This document shows positions 26,101-36,100 of a stretch of DNA of 64,000 bases, in pieces. Position numbers and translations under genes: made by a program. The notes beneath the pieces were generated by a model. The model had not been told where the DNA came from. It did not search any database and worked only from the letters and a program-made list of their open reading frames with translations. This DNA comes from Lytechinus pictus (taxonomy: Eukaryota): assembly GCF_037042905.1 (NCBI RefSeq), contig NC_087255.1, positions 1,674,001-1,738,000 of the forward strand, in the 5' to 3' direction. Each line of letters begins with the position of its first letter. Position 1 is the first letter of the stretch.

Positions 26101-27966
26101 AGAGATACATGTAAATAGGCCTATAGACTAGTTGCATAGAATGTAGGCTAGCTGATATTACTGGCTTCCTGTTGATGTCTACTTCCTAGATCATTTCCTA
26201 TCCAGATATGAAAGGGTAAAGTGCTTTTCTGACCGCCCATAGCTTTCAATATAGATACATGGTAACCAACGATTTCATCACATCAAAGCTATTCCTATAC
26301 ATATATTTTAAGAGCTTATTTTCATACTATTTACAGTGTAGTTTCATCCTTAAGCAGGAATTTTGTTTCTGGTATTGTATCGCAATTTGGAACATTTTAT
26401 AAGGAAGCACTGCTTACACAAAAAATTTTGTAAATTATATATTTACATGAGAATGTATAGAACATAGTTGAGAGTTTATCTCTTGTGACCAAAACTGACG
26501 ATAAAGTTTGGAATTAAAGCAACAATACTCCCTGTTATTTTATGCATCATTGCAACCTTTATCTTTATGAATTGTTTCACTCAAATTTCAGTAGCTAGCT
26601 GCAAATTCAATATTAAGGTCACCCTTTAACCCTTATACCCTTAAAAAAACATACTAGTTGACTTTATCAAAGTTCAAGCAAATTTTAACAAAAATTTTGA
26701 CACTGTCAATATCTAAAGTACATTTACATTTAGAATTTTAGAACCATTATTTAGCATCAATTATTTGACTACACTTGAGTTTTCTCCCATCACCATCAAG
26801 AATTTAATAATTTGATGAACTACATGTAGCTTGCCAGTGAATTTCTTTGTCAAAAATGCTCTCAACCAGTCAGACGCAATGATTAAGTACAAAGGGTTGG
26901 TTTCATAAACCATCTTGTCAGTAATCTTCATTATCAAATTGCTCTCAATCAATCGGATGAACAGATTATTGTATAAGGGAAGGTTTCATGAACCACCATG
27001 TCAGTGATCACTGTCAGATTAGTTGTCATCAAATCAGATGCATGGATTTCAGTATTATGAGGGATTGTTTCACGAACCACCTTTTCAGTGACACGATATT
27101 CACGGTCAGACTTTCTGTCAACCAATCAGAATTTCAGTAGCTAAAAAGCTCATCATTGGAAATCACAGGCAAGGTGCTTCATGAAACAGTCCCCTGGTAT
27201 AAAGGTCTAAGGGTACCTCCTAGTTTCAAAGCAGAGAAGTCTCTTATAGGGAAGCTTATCGGGGAGGGATTTAGACCACCAGCAGGAGTAGAGTTTACGA
27301 AGATCTTCCTCTTTATCCCTGGCTAGGTTTCTAACGCTGATATCTAATGTCCGCTTCAAGGCTCCAATCACCGAAGTAGGTGTAGCGGCATAGTCATCTA
27401 AGATTGAAAGTAAATGGGAATATTACAATTAGGATTGATTCTTTTGATATCAATTTATTATCAGGCTTGCAAAACACACACTGGCACTGTATTTAAAAAA
27501 CACTACCTGCAATGAATATACATAGAGTATGGTAGTACCTGACAAAGTTTCAACAATGTAAAAATAGAAGGAAAAAAAATCATCATCATACAGTGCAAGG
27601 GTTAGTAGGCAATACACCTACATACAAGTGTTCATTTTATGCCAACAACTTGATATCAAGAATTCCACAAATTAATTTCTTGATTTCTTGAAAAAAATCA
27701 TTTTTTGTTTGTATCAAGAATTAGGATTAAATGGTAAAATAGCTTGCCTCATAGGTGTGGTAATCCCAGTTGGTTCAAATAGCAATACATATGCATGAAA
27801 TCCTCTTTTAATGATACTTACTAGCGAAGGCAGAAACACAAATGACATCAACTTTATCCTTCCTCTTGAGTTTGGTAATATCTCCTAGACACATATCAAT
27901 CTGACATTCTCCATTCTGGGTTAAGACTTTGATGGAATCTGCCACCACCAGACTGGTTGATCCCAT
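10580..27966 (-). CDS. Uncharacterised Macro-TIR-TIR-TIR-CaaX protein, about 971 aa, 12 coding exons (whole-gene span)
   Basis: Hand-spliced exons: 27966-27822, 27397-27217, 25015-24898, 23528-23316, 22272-22074, 21537-21375, 19634-19408, 18956-18820, 18175-17969, 17368-16698, 16163-16052, 11122-10580. All are GT-AG with compatible phases and total 2916 nt without an internal stop. Macro motifs: LGDITK..VDVICVSA and PLLNTGDQG. Three TIR box-1 motifs: FDVYLSFS, YDIFLSYSHRD, CDLIFSYHSDD. Ends CVCL*. Confidence 0.85.
11644..12064. mobile_element. PIF/Harbinger-type MITE with long TIRs and TTA target duplication
   Basis: aggccaccgcacaccttacgacccgactggtcg..gactgag at both ends in inverted orientation; flanked by TTA/TTA. 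Confidence 0.85.
12455..12682. repeat. Element with internal degenerate telomere-like (TAACCC)n tract
   Basis: taaccc/ttaccc units at 12540-12625, flanked by gataattgctcc / ggagcaattgtc inverted repeats. Confidence 0.55.
12711..12888. mobile_element. Fold-back MITE of a family with TTTCAT(G/A)AA subtermini; relatives at about 13213-13360, 22665-22832, 26893-27197 and 48933-49072
   Basis: Near-perfect arms of about 70 bp (tttcataaagct..cgtaagttaagagcgactttaagaacga..ggtgatcctttctt). Confidence 0.8.
14262..14450. mobile_element. Short MITE, TIR GGAGTCCAC, flanked by TA
   Basis: ta-ggagtccac ... gtggactcc-ta. Confidence 0.55.
14664..15803. mobile_element. 1.14-kb non-autonomous DNA transposon (TIR CAGAGCTGCCAA/TTGGAAGCTCTG) with a TAATAT flanking duplication, nested in an older palindromic element
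   Basis: Inverted termini, subterminal cgggaga repeats, taatat on both sides; host arms atatgtcatgtg (14593) and cacatgacatat (15855). Confidence 0.7.
16052..16163 (-). CDS. Macro-TIR3 gene exon 11 (RKCKEEDFPTKPALINVMKLKEQTKQITEPDYTDQLCK)
   Basis: cttccag| acceptor, |gtaagt donor; bridges phase 2 to phase 0 exactly as the flanking exons require. Confidence 0.8.
16698..17368 (-). CDS. Macro-TIR3 gene exon 10 (linker plus complete TIR3)
   Basis: IPTLSADEE..CDLIFSYHSDDEKYV..SKCIVPVLSPNYLESPECVEEFHIA..LLLPISVHTLPQKPTYF; donor gtgagt. Confidence 0.9.
17585..17870. repeat. Dispersed quasi-palindromic repeat (ttggtccaat/tctaat..ttagacgaaatgg family); further copies at about 33650-34048 and 58091-58480
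   Basis: Three clearly homologous copies in the window. Confidence 0.8.
17969..18175 (-). CDS. Macro-TIR3 gene exon 9 (TIR2 C-terminus)
   Basis: tttcag|GGT; GKQHLQLIPICLEDL..TLFDDKS|gtaagt; phase 0 matches the next exon. Confidence 0.85.
18820..18956 (-). CDS. Macro-TIR3 gene exon 8 (TIR2 core with catalytic-position Glu)
   Basis: GKSWQRTLYHSIDGSRCMLALISKPYLKSAVCQEEFALAQAKHYSK; GT-AG. Not present in the supplied ORF track. Confidence 0.9.
19408..19634 (-). CDS. Macro-TIR3 gene exon 7 (end of TIR1, start of TIR2)
   Basis: PHDPSKIGEAC..RYDIFLSYSHRDTEKANRFVALLQKLAPDLKLFFDVQELKT; GT-AG. Confidence 0.9.
21375..21537 (-). CDS. Macro-TIR3 gene exon 6 (TIR1 C-terminal half)
   Basis: VLSPNYLKNKACIEQYNIALCCNRRALRDMLAPIYVDSVEMMPTYMGLVQYVDCR; GT-AG. 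Confidence 0.9.
22074..22272 (-). CDS. Macro-TIR3 gene exon 5 (TIR1 N-terminal half)
   Basis: tttcag|GCT; AVPLEFDVYLSFSEEDEGVAKVIREKL..IMMKSARVVT; donor gtaggt. Confidence 0.9.
23316..23528 (-). CDS. Macro-TIR3 gene exon 4 (end of Macro domain plus linker)
   Basis: ctgtag|GGGTAT..AAG|gtacaa; GYGEVSMMKGMVEAAVKWMKAGLPLRILKLVLY. Confidence 0.85.
24898..25015 (-). CDS. Macro-TIR3 gene exon 3 (SFGAAGRPQELVANVFRCLVPILNNEDGSVITPLLNTGDQ)
   Basis: ccctag| acceptor, |gttagt donor; Macro 'P.I.TG..G' loop. Confidence 0.85.
27217..27397 (-). CDS. Macro-TIR3 gene exon 2 (NDYAATPTSVIGALKRTLDISVRNLARDKEEDLRKLYSCWWSKSLPDKLPYKRLLCFETR)
   Basis: cttag| acceptor, |gtaccc donor, phase 1 to 2, open frame. Confidence 0.85.
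27822..27966 (-). CDS. Macro-TIR3 gene coding exon 1 (MGSTSLVVADSIKVLTQNGECQIDMCLGDITKLKRKDKVDVICVSAFA)
   Basis: Acceptor tgtttaag| at 27977/27976, ATG at 27966, donor gtaagt; carries the GDIT Macro motif. Confidence 0.85.
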
Positions 27967-28338
27967 CTTCAGATCCCTTAAACAGAGAAATTATTATTCA
28001 AACCCTACATGTAAATACAAAGAAAGGAGAAAAGGGGTTATGAAGCGGATGGACTGTAGATTTACTTTGCAAACTCCCAGCACAAACTTTAAGTCTAATT
28101 CTCTCTCTTATTTTCAACTCATAGTTTTGTAAGATGCTATTTTTTACAAGTTTAGAAACAAGTCTCTCTTGCATTTGTTCCTTGTGCAGTTAGATTTTTT
28201 TTGCCAAAGATTTACAAAGATATATAAAGGAGAAAGTGGTATAGAGACAGGAAAATCAAAGAGAGAGGTGAAAGAAATCAAAGAGAGAGGGTGACAGAGA
28301 CAAAGTGGGTGGGAAGGTTACTTGAAAGACTATCATAA

Positions 28339-29016
28339 AACAAGTGGAATGCCTCTAGCGGTCTCACCTGCATCCCGCGATTCAATTTAGCAGCAGGGCT
28401 GACTTTGAAAACTACCATCAAATATTTATTCACAAAAAACACCATTCATATAATGATACAATACTACGTTCATTGACATTTGACCTTGATCATGTGACCT
28501 GAAACCTTGTCAGTGATACTTGATTACCCATATCTATAAACTTAGAAAGTTATGACAGCAATCTAATAATTACCTCTAAAATGGCCAAAGTTCAATGACC
28601 TTAAATGACCTTTGACTTTGGTCATGTGACCTGAAACTCTAACGAAATGTTCAAAGATACTTGATTACTCTTATGTCCAAGTTTCATGAACTAGGTCCAT
28701 ATATTTTCTAAGTTATGATGACATTTCAAAAACTTGACCTTAGGTTAAGATTTTGATGTTGATTCCCCAGCATGGTCTAAGTTCATTGACCCTACATGAC
28801 CTTTGACCTTAGTCATGTGACCTGAAACTCAGGCAGGATGTTCAGTAATACTTGATTAACCTTATGGCCAAGTTTCATGAACTAGGTCCATATACTTTCT
28901 AAGTTATGCTGTCATTTCAAAAACTTAACCTTAGGTAAAGATTTGGTGTTGACGCCGCCGCCGCCGTCGGAAAAGCGGCGCCTATAGTCTCACCTGCTAT
29001 GCAGGTGAGACAAAAA
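28339..29016 (-). mobile_element. Helentron/DINE-1-like non-autonomous element with internal tandem repeats of about 170 bp
   Basis: gtctcacctgcat near the left end; terminal hairpin gtctcacctgc-tat-gcaggtgagac; (gcc)n microsatellite; tgacctttgacct units; inserted in an A-run. Confidence 0.7.
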
Positions 29017-29399
29017 ATGAATGAAACTTGACTAAAAGAATATTTCATTTTTTTAGTCCTGAGATGTTTGATCATTGCATATCAAGTTGAAATCATGCAA
29101 AATTTAATGAAAATAATGAAGGGACACCCCAGCTCATCCTAAAAAAATATGTAGCCTATATAACAAAGGTAAAATGAATTGTAGTTTACAGGTGTAAAGG
29201 TATCAATAATATATGCTGTATTTTTAATATTATATCCATCTGAAGTGCCATTAACATTTTTTGTGGGACACACTGTATAGCAGAAAAGAAAGTGTGTGGA
29301 ACTCATACCAATATGAATGGAAAGAAGCTATCCTGATCACCCCCCCCCCCACCAGTACACGTAATTAAGTCTTTTATAAGTATTAACATGAAATAAACT

Positions 29400-29850
29400 T
29401 TGTTTGTCTTCTTCCTTCCTTTCTTTCTTTTCCTCTTTTTCTTCTTTAATTCTTTCTCTCCTTCTTCTTTGATTTTTTTTCTTTTCATCTTTCTTTCTTT
29501 CTTTTCCTCAGTTTCTTTTTTCCTTTCTTTCTCTTTCCTTTCTTTTCATCTTATCCTCCCTCTTTCTATCTTCCTTCCTTTATTCTTTTCTTTCTTNNNN
29601 NNNNNNNNNNNNNNNNNNNNNNNNNNNNNNNNNNNNNNNNNNNNNNNNNNNNNNNNNNNNNNNNNNNNNNNNNNNNNNNNNNNNNNNNNNNNNNNNNNNN
29701 NNNNNNNNNNNNNNNNNNNNNNNNNNNNNNNNNNNNNNNNNNNNNNNNNNNNNNNNNNNNNNNNNNNNNNNNNNNNNNNNNNNNNNNNNNNNNNNNNNNN
29801 NNNNNNNNNNNNTTTTCTTTCTTGCTCTCTTATTCTTCCTCCTTTCCTTC
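29400..29850. repeat. CT-rich low-complexity tract spanning assembly gap 29597-29812
   Basis: Polypyrimidine tract and N run. Confidence 0.9.
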
Positions 29851-29884
29851 AATATCCCTTTTTTCATGTTATTTATAGAATAAT

Positions 29885-30032
29885 TATATTATATTGGATG
29901 GCTCAGAATGGAATACCAGAAATATTAAGAGTTTGGGCAAATATTCCACAAATCGCAGATGAGTGGAATATTGGCCCTAACGAGAGGAATATTTCTGGTA
30001 TACCATGAAAGAAAGCCATCCAATATAATTAT
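29885..30032. repeat. Palindromic repeat (ttggatggct..gaataccagaaat / atttctggta..agccatccaa); second copy at about 38469-38600
   Basis: Inverted arms; two copies in the window. Confidence 0.6.
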
Positions 30033-30595
30033 TATCATCTATCCCACCCCTAGCAATAAAAAAGAGGGAGAAATTTTGATTAAACAAGTCATATCACAAA
30101 GTCACAATGGCATCATCACAGCTTCATAAGATCAAATTTGGTCGTTGACATGCGACTTGCACATAGTTCATTATGACATCATTGAGTGTTGTGATCTTAT
30201 TCTGCACACAGCATTGCTTTCATTGTTGTACGCGTTGTACATTTCACGCATTCGCGCATGCGCACTATACTGTTGAATGTGCTCTCATACTCAACGGCAA
30301 ATTTTGTACAGGAGCCTTTGGGATATTCGTCAGATTTCGGTCCTTTTTAGAGATATGCTCTGATACTGCACAGGCAATTGATTCAGATCAAAATATGTGT
30401 TTCTAATGTATGGCTTAAACGCTCTATATAGATGTTTATTCTTTCAAATTTTTGAAATAAAGCATTTGTATTCTGTACGATGAGCATATGCATTTCTCTC
30501 TGCACTCTGATTTCATTTTTGTTGTCGAGCCTTCTCACTGAAGTTGAGATGATCTAGCACTGCAGCGCAGAGGTGTGTGACGTCATGTGCTATTG

Positions 30596-31616
30596 TACCG
30601 AGGAGATCATTTGGGTGTGGAAACGACCCACAACGAACAACAACAACAACATGTGCTATTATTGATAACGCAATCGATATCGTTCCTCTGAACCCAGCTC
30701 GGTTCAGCGACCTTTTTACGCTCGCAACACTAAATTAAATAACTTGAAATCACATATTGATATTGTGAGAAGAGATGTGACAATTTTCATATCCTTAGTT
30801 AAAAATCCTATCCTAAGCTAATCTGATAATAATAATATAGATTCTAAGTTATGACGTTTTCGTGCAAAGGGCAAGCGTAAAAAGACTAAGTCTAAAGAAT
30901 AACTAACGTTATGGAGATCTTAACTTATTTGTTGCGTCGCGTCGATCGTACAGGAGCGATATTAGTATTACTAGTATACCCAGTTGTTGTGTGTCCGGAC
31001 AGGTTGTGTGTCCGGACGATCAATTTTAGAAAGTCATTTTGAAAAAATTACAAGCGAAGTTTCATCAATTTTTAGTACAAAATGTTAGGAAATCTTCTTC
31101 TTCTTCTTCTGGAAACAGTACAGTCCACCGTCTGGTGTATTGTCGTACTGGTGAAGTGCAGCGTGCAAGTGTATACCCAGTTGTTGTGTGTCCGGACAGG
31201 TTGTGTGTCCGGACGATCAGTTTTAGAAAGTCATTTGGAAAAATTTACAAGCAAAGTTTCATAAAATGTTTAGTACGAAATGTTAGGTAATATTATAGAG
31301 AACAAAACAGAAGATGATTACAACTATTGAATTCGTATTTTTAGTGTAATCCAAAGGCAAAGACAAAAAAGAAGGCTTCAAAAATATTAAGTGTCCGGAC
31401 ACCCCACCCCCCATCCTACATTATTCGATATTATAAAGAACAAAATAGAAGATGATTACAAGTATTGAATTTCATATTTGTAGTGTAATCCAAAGACAAA
31501 AAAGAAGGCTTCAAAAAGATAAAACTGTCCGGACGGCGGACAACCGACCCCCCATCCTACGTTGTTGTTGTTGTTCGTTGTGGGTCGTTTCCACACCCAA
31601 ATGATCTCCTCGGTAT
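30596..31616. mobile_element. Segment of about 1 kb bounded by identical inverted 55-bp sequences ending in (CAA)n, with internal tandem duplications
   Basis: taccgaggagatcatttgggtgtggaaacgacccacaacgaacaacaacaacaac at 30596-30650 and its reverse complement at 31561-31615. Confidence 0.6.
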
Positions 31617-31734
31617 ACTCTCAGTGTGTTTGTCACAAGGTTGATGAAATATTTGCTTAGATACTCGTGCTAGAAGTTGGCATTGGTGCTTTTGATGAAG
31701 CGAGCCATCCTACTACTAGCGAAACACTTCGGAA

Positions 31735-32210
31735 CGGACCTAGACCAAAAGCTTCGGTTTCTGTTATGTTGGTTGTTCAGCTGAACTCCGTTGGCTTCAC
31801 TCACCAAATACAGAGACCGAAGTTCTAGCGCGATCTGTACAGGGGACTCAATGGCCATATGTTTATGTACTTAAGATCGGATAAAACGGGGAAGTGAATT
31901 TGCGCGATAGCCGAGGTAAGTCACTGTTTTTGTTCCTTTTAACTCGATTTTTCTCCGTTTCTTGGCAATTAATGCCAAGAGCCTGAAGAGGGAATATCAA
32001 TTTGCATTTTGGTCGCATTAATTTTCAAAATTTTTATTGATTAGGGGCCTAGCCTAAAGACAAAAATTGAAGAGCCCCGACGGGGGGATTTTGCATTGCA
32101 AGTCCCCTAATGGTGGCTGCACGCTAGCGAGCCGTCTGTGTATGAGGAGAACTTTAAAAAAAAAATGTTAAAAAACTCCTCAAAACAGACGGCTGCCAGC
32201 TGTCTAGAAC
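31735..32210 (-). repeat. Dispersed repeat homologous, in inverted orientation, to about 53997-54160
   Basis: Shared blocks agacagctggcagc.gtctgttt.gagga and tctctgtatttggtgagtg.agccaacggagttcagc.gaacaaccaacataa..accgaagcttttggtc. Confidence 0.7.
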
Positions 32211-32426
32211 GGACCAAGCGGCTCGACCCAGCGGCAGCCCGACGCAGCCCGGCCGCGACAGCCAGAAGCTGCTCCTAAACCGTGGCTTGCCGTTGGCGTT
32301 GGTTTGTCCTAGCAACCAGATCCAGATAATCTAAATTCATATCACCAGATAGATTTAAACATATTTTTTTGGAGGGAGAAAGTACGGAAGAGTGATCCAA
32401 AACAAAAGGAAACTCAGTGGACTTAC

Positions 32427-32600
32427 CAATTCACCGTGCTCAACTGTAAATAGATCTCTAAAACTAAGAGTCTAAATCGACCTGACATCGACAGTCGAGT
32501 CATCGGCTGCTGGCTGGTATTTTGCACGTATAATATACCGGCCGTACGTTGATCCGGATATCCGGATTGTGGGCATCGAGCTTGATCTGATTGAGAATCA
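32427..32600 (-). other. Putative first (5') exon of the Macro-TIR3 gene; 5' boundary approximate
   Basis: Strong donor ATTG|gtaagt at 32427/32426 in a CpG-rich region. Splicing to the acceptor at 27976 is in frame with the ATG at 27966. Confidence 0.45.
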
Positions 32601-32625
32601 TTTTTGTAATTTTGTTGGGTGTACT

Positions 32626-33170
32626 CCCGGGGGGGGCACTCGACCAAAAAAGTGGTAGGGGTGTGCCGCGGGTGAGGCAAAAAACGGGGGCCTTGGAGCG
32701 GGCTTATTGTAAAAAGGAGGGTCCTCGGAACGGGCTTCGGAACTACAAATGTTTGTGAAAACGGGGGTCCTCGGAACGGATCTCCGTATCTCTGTGAGTG
32801 CGTATGCATCCCTATGGAACGGGCAATCGTGCATGACGCAGCTAGCGCGGCCTCCGCCGGGTGCGCTCTCGCTTAGGCGATGGTCGAAAAGCGCTCTACG
32901 GCGGCCGCTTTTCACCAAATTGCAGCTCCTTGTAACAAATCAATGCGACCGGAACGGCGTAACGAAAAATATGCAAAGCTTTGGAACGGATTTCTTTCTT
33001 CTTTTTTTCTCGATAAGAAGGAAATGCTATGCCTTGGAGCGGCTTTCTTTGTTCTTTTTCTCAAAAAGACAAAAATGCTATGCCTTGGAACGGAAATTTG
33101 AGTGTAAAAATGGGGGTCCCCTCCGCGGCACATACCCACTATGCATTATATACTGAGTGCCCCCCCCGGG
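32626..33170. mobile_element. MITE with TIR CCCGGGGGGGGCACTC and 8-bp target duplication GGTGTACT
   Basis: ggtgtact at 32618-32625 and 33171-33178 flanks the inverted termini; internal ggaacgg repeats. Confidence 0.85.
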
Positions 33171-36100
33171 GGTGTACTTGAGGCAAATACTTGAAAAAGG
33201 GGAGCTGATTTTCTTGGAATAATTGTTTTCGTCGATATTTGCTGAACAAATGATGTTGAAATTGGTATCGTTACAAACTGATTTATTATTTATGATATAC
33301 TTTTATTTTTCGGGGGGGGGGGGGGCCGGGGGGGGCCGGGGGAGGGGGTAATAGCTTTTTTCCAAGGAGATGGCCCCTATGTGCCGCACCAAAACAAAAA
33401 TAGGGGGCTACTTAGGTCTGAGCTTAAAATGACGGTCTCTGGGGGTTTTGATCGAGAAATTGGACAAGCAAAAAAAGGTCGTTTTTCGTAACGAGAATTT
33501 TTTTTACAATTAAGCAAAAAGTGTACGGTACGCTGTACAAAATTAACCTGAACCAGACCGAGTTTTTACCTTTTTTGGATGTTATATGACCAGGGGAGTG
33601 TGGGTTGAATCACCCCCCCCCCCCCCGCCTTAATTGAGATCTCAGCGTCGGTAAATTGCCAATTCGTCCACTGTCCACTCTCCACATGGTCTACCTTCTG
33701 GCTTCAGTTTAGTCTAATGCCAGTCCATCCAACATTTTGTCTACCAGCCATTTGGTCCAATATTGCTTCGTCTAATCCCCATTCATCTATTACCATTTCA
33801 TCTAATTACCAGTTGGTCTAATACCCATCTTCTTTTCATTTTGCACAATTAACACTTTAGTTTAATTATAGACCACATGGTATATGGACTAAATGGCTAT
33901 TGGACCAACTGGTTATGAGACGGAATGGCATATGAGACTAAATGAAAGTAGACCATGTGGTAAGTGGACGAACTGATGGTAGACCAAATGATAGTAGACG
34001 AGTTGGCAATTGGACGAAATGGTATTAAACGAATTGGAAATTAACCATCTCAGCGGCTCAGCCGCTGATCGCGCGAACGCCATGAAAATTGGCATGATCA
34101 TAGTGTTGGATGTAATCTACAAGGCTATATGGTCAATATTTCCGAGATCAGTCATCAGATTTTTTTTAATGTGAATTATGCTAATTTATGTGTAAATCTT
34201 AAATACTTTTGCTCTAATTCACTGTAAAAAGCTCTTAGAATGCTAATTTGTGGTGTAAAAATTCTTTATACCATGCTAACAATTATAAATGAAAAAAATC
34301 CTGGTTTGAAAATGAATTTTTGTAGTTTAGTGTGTTATGAATTTCCTATGTATTTCTTTGTTATTCAAACTTTTGTTTTCAGCTGATGCAAGTAAAAATA
34401 ATCATATCTTTATGAATTAGATGAGAAAATTACTCAATTTACATTGACTTTGTACACAAAATCACGTTTTGGAGCAATTTTGAATCTGACATGCACTCAC
34501 GTAATGTTGCGTATTTTCAAACCGCATACCCGGGCATCATAAATTTTGTTATAAAAGATGCGCAAGACTTCAAAGTAAAAAGTCAGTGAGCGGTGTTACG
34601 GTTCAGGTAATCAGTGAGAAGCCCATGCTACATCAGTGGAATGTATAGGCCCTACAGGAAGATACAATTAGGTGATGAGAATCATTTTCCCCACCCCAAT
34701 GTAACAAAGCACCGTCCTCACATGTCCAATTTTGAATATACTTTTTTTTTTCTTTTAAACCTTCCAAAATAGTGGAAATATGTAACTCAACAATTTACTT
34801 CTCTGAAACACTTCTATTAACATCATGGCTTGAATCTGACATGGTTACTGCATGGGAATTTCTGTCTCAATACCTCTCTCTCCCTCAATCTCCAGCAGGG
34901 GTATGGGACGATTATCTAAGAGGGGGTGCTATCTGTGACATTGTTTTTTTTTTGGACAGGCAAAAGAAGGGTTTTCACTCCAAACTGAAGGTGATTTTGG
35001 TCAAGAAGTATTTGACAAGCAAAAAACCTTGGTAGTGCTTCACCACCCCCGCTTCCAGAGCTTGTGCACCCTCTCTCTCTTCATTCTTGTCCCTCTCTCT
35101 TTCAATCCCCTTCTCTTCTTTTCCCCTTACCTTCTTGCCAATTACCCTTAGGCTTGTCAATGCCAATAGTGGGGTTGTATAAACTTTCTAAACGACCTAA
35201 AAGAATTATGATAGTATTTATAAAGTAGATATCAATATATTTTATTAACACTTTTGATAAGCAAAACTTTTACTACACATTAGAATCACATATAGTTTTT
35301 TTTTACAATGACCTTGGGATGAAGATAATTGTTTTAGGAGGTATTTCCTATGTTTAGAACTCCTAAATTTGAAATTGCTACATTCATCCAGATTATTGAA
35401 AAAAGCACACTAACAAGTGATGTCAATTGTAAAAAAAAATAACAGATATATTCAATATCATGATTGAGTGTGCACACGTTGAAATTAACAGCAATAAATG
35501 CCAAATTTTACTCGTAAGAAGATGAAAACAGTCTTCTGTGAATTTTGAAAACAATCTTACACTCGATGTGTTTAATGTGTGCTCACTCAAAGATGACTCG
35601 AGGGATAAATTACATCTATCATTTCATTTTTTTTATTTTAGTCAATTAGACATTAAATTATGACAAGTTATTTTCCTCAAAACCATTTTATTCAAAAGTT
35701 ACACGTTTTTTATTACAATTTCATTTGAGTTACATATTCACCTCGTCACATGTTCAGTCTTTTGTCACTGGTGTACTGTCAAACCCTCAACCACAACTAC
35801 ATCCTAGTCTTGGGAAGTACTACTAGTAGTAGTAGTTTAGATTTGATAGTATCACTTTACTATCACTTTAATCTCTCTCTATTTCTCTATACAGTATAGA
35901 TCATTTCTAAACACTAACAACACAATAGTCACATACATGTATAAACCACAACTGACAGAATGTACATAAATAGATATGGCATATAATAATTTCTGTGCAA
36001 GTACGTAATCATGAACATGTAAAGCATACATTCAATAATAACATTATTGACTTAGAAATTTGTGCTTGTAGATAAACACAGATTACACCCAATTTTAAGA

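Noticed and set aside
27949-27966. N-myristoylation signal MGSTSL
   Set aside because: Position 6 is Leu rather than the favoured Ser/Thr, and the true start codon is uncertain.
31670-31858. 62-aa ORF (MAIESPV..) as a first exon of the Macro-TIR3 gene
   Set aside because: It lies within a dispersed repeat also present at about 54000-54160 and has no suitable donor site.
32598-33156. Cluster of overlapping 70-135 aa ORFs
   Set aside because: All fall inside a GC-rich MITE with TIRs and a TSD; no transposase motifs are visible.
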